The notes beneath the pieces are model-generated. The model saw only the letters and a list, made by a program, of their open reading frames with translations, was not told the origin of the DNA and did not search any database. A stretch of 63,958 bases of DNA from Candidatus Omnitrophota bacterium (GTDB lineage: Bacteria > Omnitrophota > Gorgyraeia > Aquiviventales > Aquiviventaceae). The stretch is from contig JACQWM010000015.1 of NCBI GenBank assembly GCA_016209275.1, positions 1-63,958 on the forward strand, read 5' to 3'. Shown here piece by piece: positions 62,450 through 63,958 of the stretch; position 1 is the first letter of the stretch; each line of letters starts with the position of its first letter. The translations under genes and the position numbers were made by a program.

Positions 62450-63657
62450 TTCGCGGCAGCAGGCTCTGCAGGTCGATCTCTGAGGATGGCGATCCCGGGC
62501 AACACCTTGCCTTCGAGGAACTCTAAGGACGCTCCGCCGCCGGTGGAGATGTGGCTCATGCGCTCGGCAAGCCCGAAGCGCTGCACGGCCGCAGCGCTAT
62601 CGCCGCCGCCGATGATGGTGGTGGCTCTCAGAGCCGCAAGCGCTTCGGCGATCCGCCGCGTGCCCTGGCTGAACCGTGCTTGCTCAAACACGCCGACCGG
62701 GCCGTTCCAGACGACGGTCTTCGCATCTGAGAGCGCTGCCGTAAACGCCGTGATCGTTTTCGGCCCGATGTCAACCCCTGACCAGCCGTCTGGAATCTGC
62801 CCGACGTCCACCGTCTTGACCGGGCTCGCGGGATCGTCCAGCGACGTCGTGATGACGTGATCCTCCGGCAGCACCACCGTCACCCCGCGCGCCTTCGCCT
62901 GGGCCAGCAGCTCCTTGGCCAGCCCCACTTTATCCGCCTCCAGCTTCGAGGAGCCGATGGCCCGCCCTTGCGCCTGTAAGAACGTATACGACATGCCCCC
63001 GCCGATGAGCAGCCGATCCACCCGCTCCAGCAGCCGTCTCACCACGCCGATCTTATCGGAGACTTTTGCCCCGCCGAGGATTGCGGCGTAGGGGCGCTTC
63101 GGATTGGCCAGAGCGTGATCCAAATACTGAATCTCCTTTTCCATCAGAAAACCGGCCACCGCCGGCAGCAAGCGGGCCACGCCTTCGGTGGATGCGTGCG
63201 CTCGGTGGGCCGTCCCGAAGGCGTCATTGACGTAGAGCTCGCCGAGCTTCGCGAGTTGGGCGGCGAAATTCGGATCGTTCGCTTCTTCCTGCGCGTAAAA
63301 TCGAAGGTTCTCCAGCACGCACACCTGCCCGGGGGCTAAGGTCATCACGGTCGCTTCCACCTGAGGTCCAATGCAGTCATTGAGGAAGAGCACCGGCTTC
63401 TTGAGTAATTCGGCCAGCCGCGCGGCCACAGGCTGCAGCGACAGCGATGGAACCTTCTTGCCGTCGGGGCGGCCCAGATGACTCATCAAGATCACGGTCG
63501 CCCCGCGCTCCAGGCAGTCGGTGATCGTGTGGAGGCTTTCGCGGATGCGGGTATCGTCGGTGATCGCGCCGGTCCCCTTCTCCAGCGGCACGTTGAAATC
63601 CACCCGGATCAATACCCGCTTCTTATTCACGTCCACATCTTTCACGGTCTGCTTCAT
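62446..63657 (-). CDS. pgk: Phosphoglycerate kinase
   Basis: ..RVDFNVPL.., ..SHLGRP.., ..[18 protein letters not shown].. Confidence 0.95.
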   Translation of the reverse strand: MKQTVKDVDVNKKRVLIRVDFNVPLEKGTGAITDDTRIRESLHTITDCLERGATVILMSHLGRPDGKKVPSLSLQPVAARLAELLKKPVLFLNDCIGPQVEATVMTLAPGQVCVLENLRFYAQEEANDPNFAAQLAKLGELYVNDAFGTAHRAHASTEGVARLLPAVAGFLMEKEIQYLDHALANPKRPYAAILGGAKVSDKIGVVRRLLERVDRLLIGGGMSYTFLQAQGRAIGSSKLEADKVGLAKELLAQAKARGVTVVLPEDHVITTSLDDPASPVKTVDVGQIPDGWSGVDIGPKTITAFTAALSDAKTVVWNGPVGVFEQARFSQGTRRIAEALAALRATTIIGGGDSAAAVQRFGLAERMSHISTGGGASLEFLEGKVLPGIAILRDRPAEPAAAK

Positions 63658-63685
63658 TTGGAATTTGGGTTTTGGGATTTAACCA
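63658..63685. repeat. Direct heptamers TTGGAAT/TTGGGTT/TTGGGAT/TTAACCA filling the gap-pgk junction
   Basis: Read directly. The whole 28-nt intergenic spacer is four phased 7-mers. No Shine-Dalgarno precedes the pgk ATG. Confidence 0.8.

Positions 63686-63958
<273 letters not shown>

Overview
Visibly GC-rich bacterial chromosomal segment. Every credible gene lies on the minus strand: about 70 CDS plus tRNA-Ala(CGC). The long plus-strand ORFs in the track are antisense shadows of these genes. In transcription order (high to low coordinates) the content is: gap(partial)-pgk-tpiA-secG; a five-gene peptide ABC importer; a PMT/TMTC-like TPR membrane protein; marC-glgC-thiG-leuCDB-asd-truA-methyltransferase; rplM-rpsI; a 12-gene arginine+lysine block (argCJBDFGH-lysA-dapF-dapA-dapB-dapL); folK-panC-panD-nadX; an unlisted 42-aa ORF; uvrA; a TPR protein, a wHTH protein and cutA; a roughly 270-nt structured non-coding RNA with its own promoter and terminator; a 15-gene type IV pilus (T4P) operon; a hicAB toxin-antitoxin pair beside tRNA-Ala; then rsmE-rng-rplU-rpmA-obg-proBA-nadD-corC-rsfS-argS-mfd(partial). 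I found no CRISPR array, transposase, integrase, phage genes or recognisable defence system. The signal the gene map does not explain is a dense set of short hairpin or tandem elements built from phased 7-mers (some 9-10-mers). They fill almost every non-overlapping gene junction. At least three lie in frame inside housekeeping genes (asd, dapF, rsmE), and one family forms the 5' ends of two unrelated ORFs. The second item worth follow-up is the promoter - structured leader - terminator unit directly upstream of the pilus operon. All product calls come from reading the translations. No database search was run.
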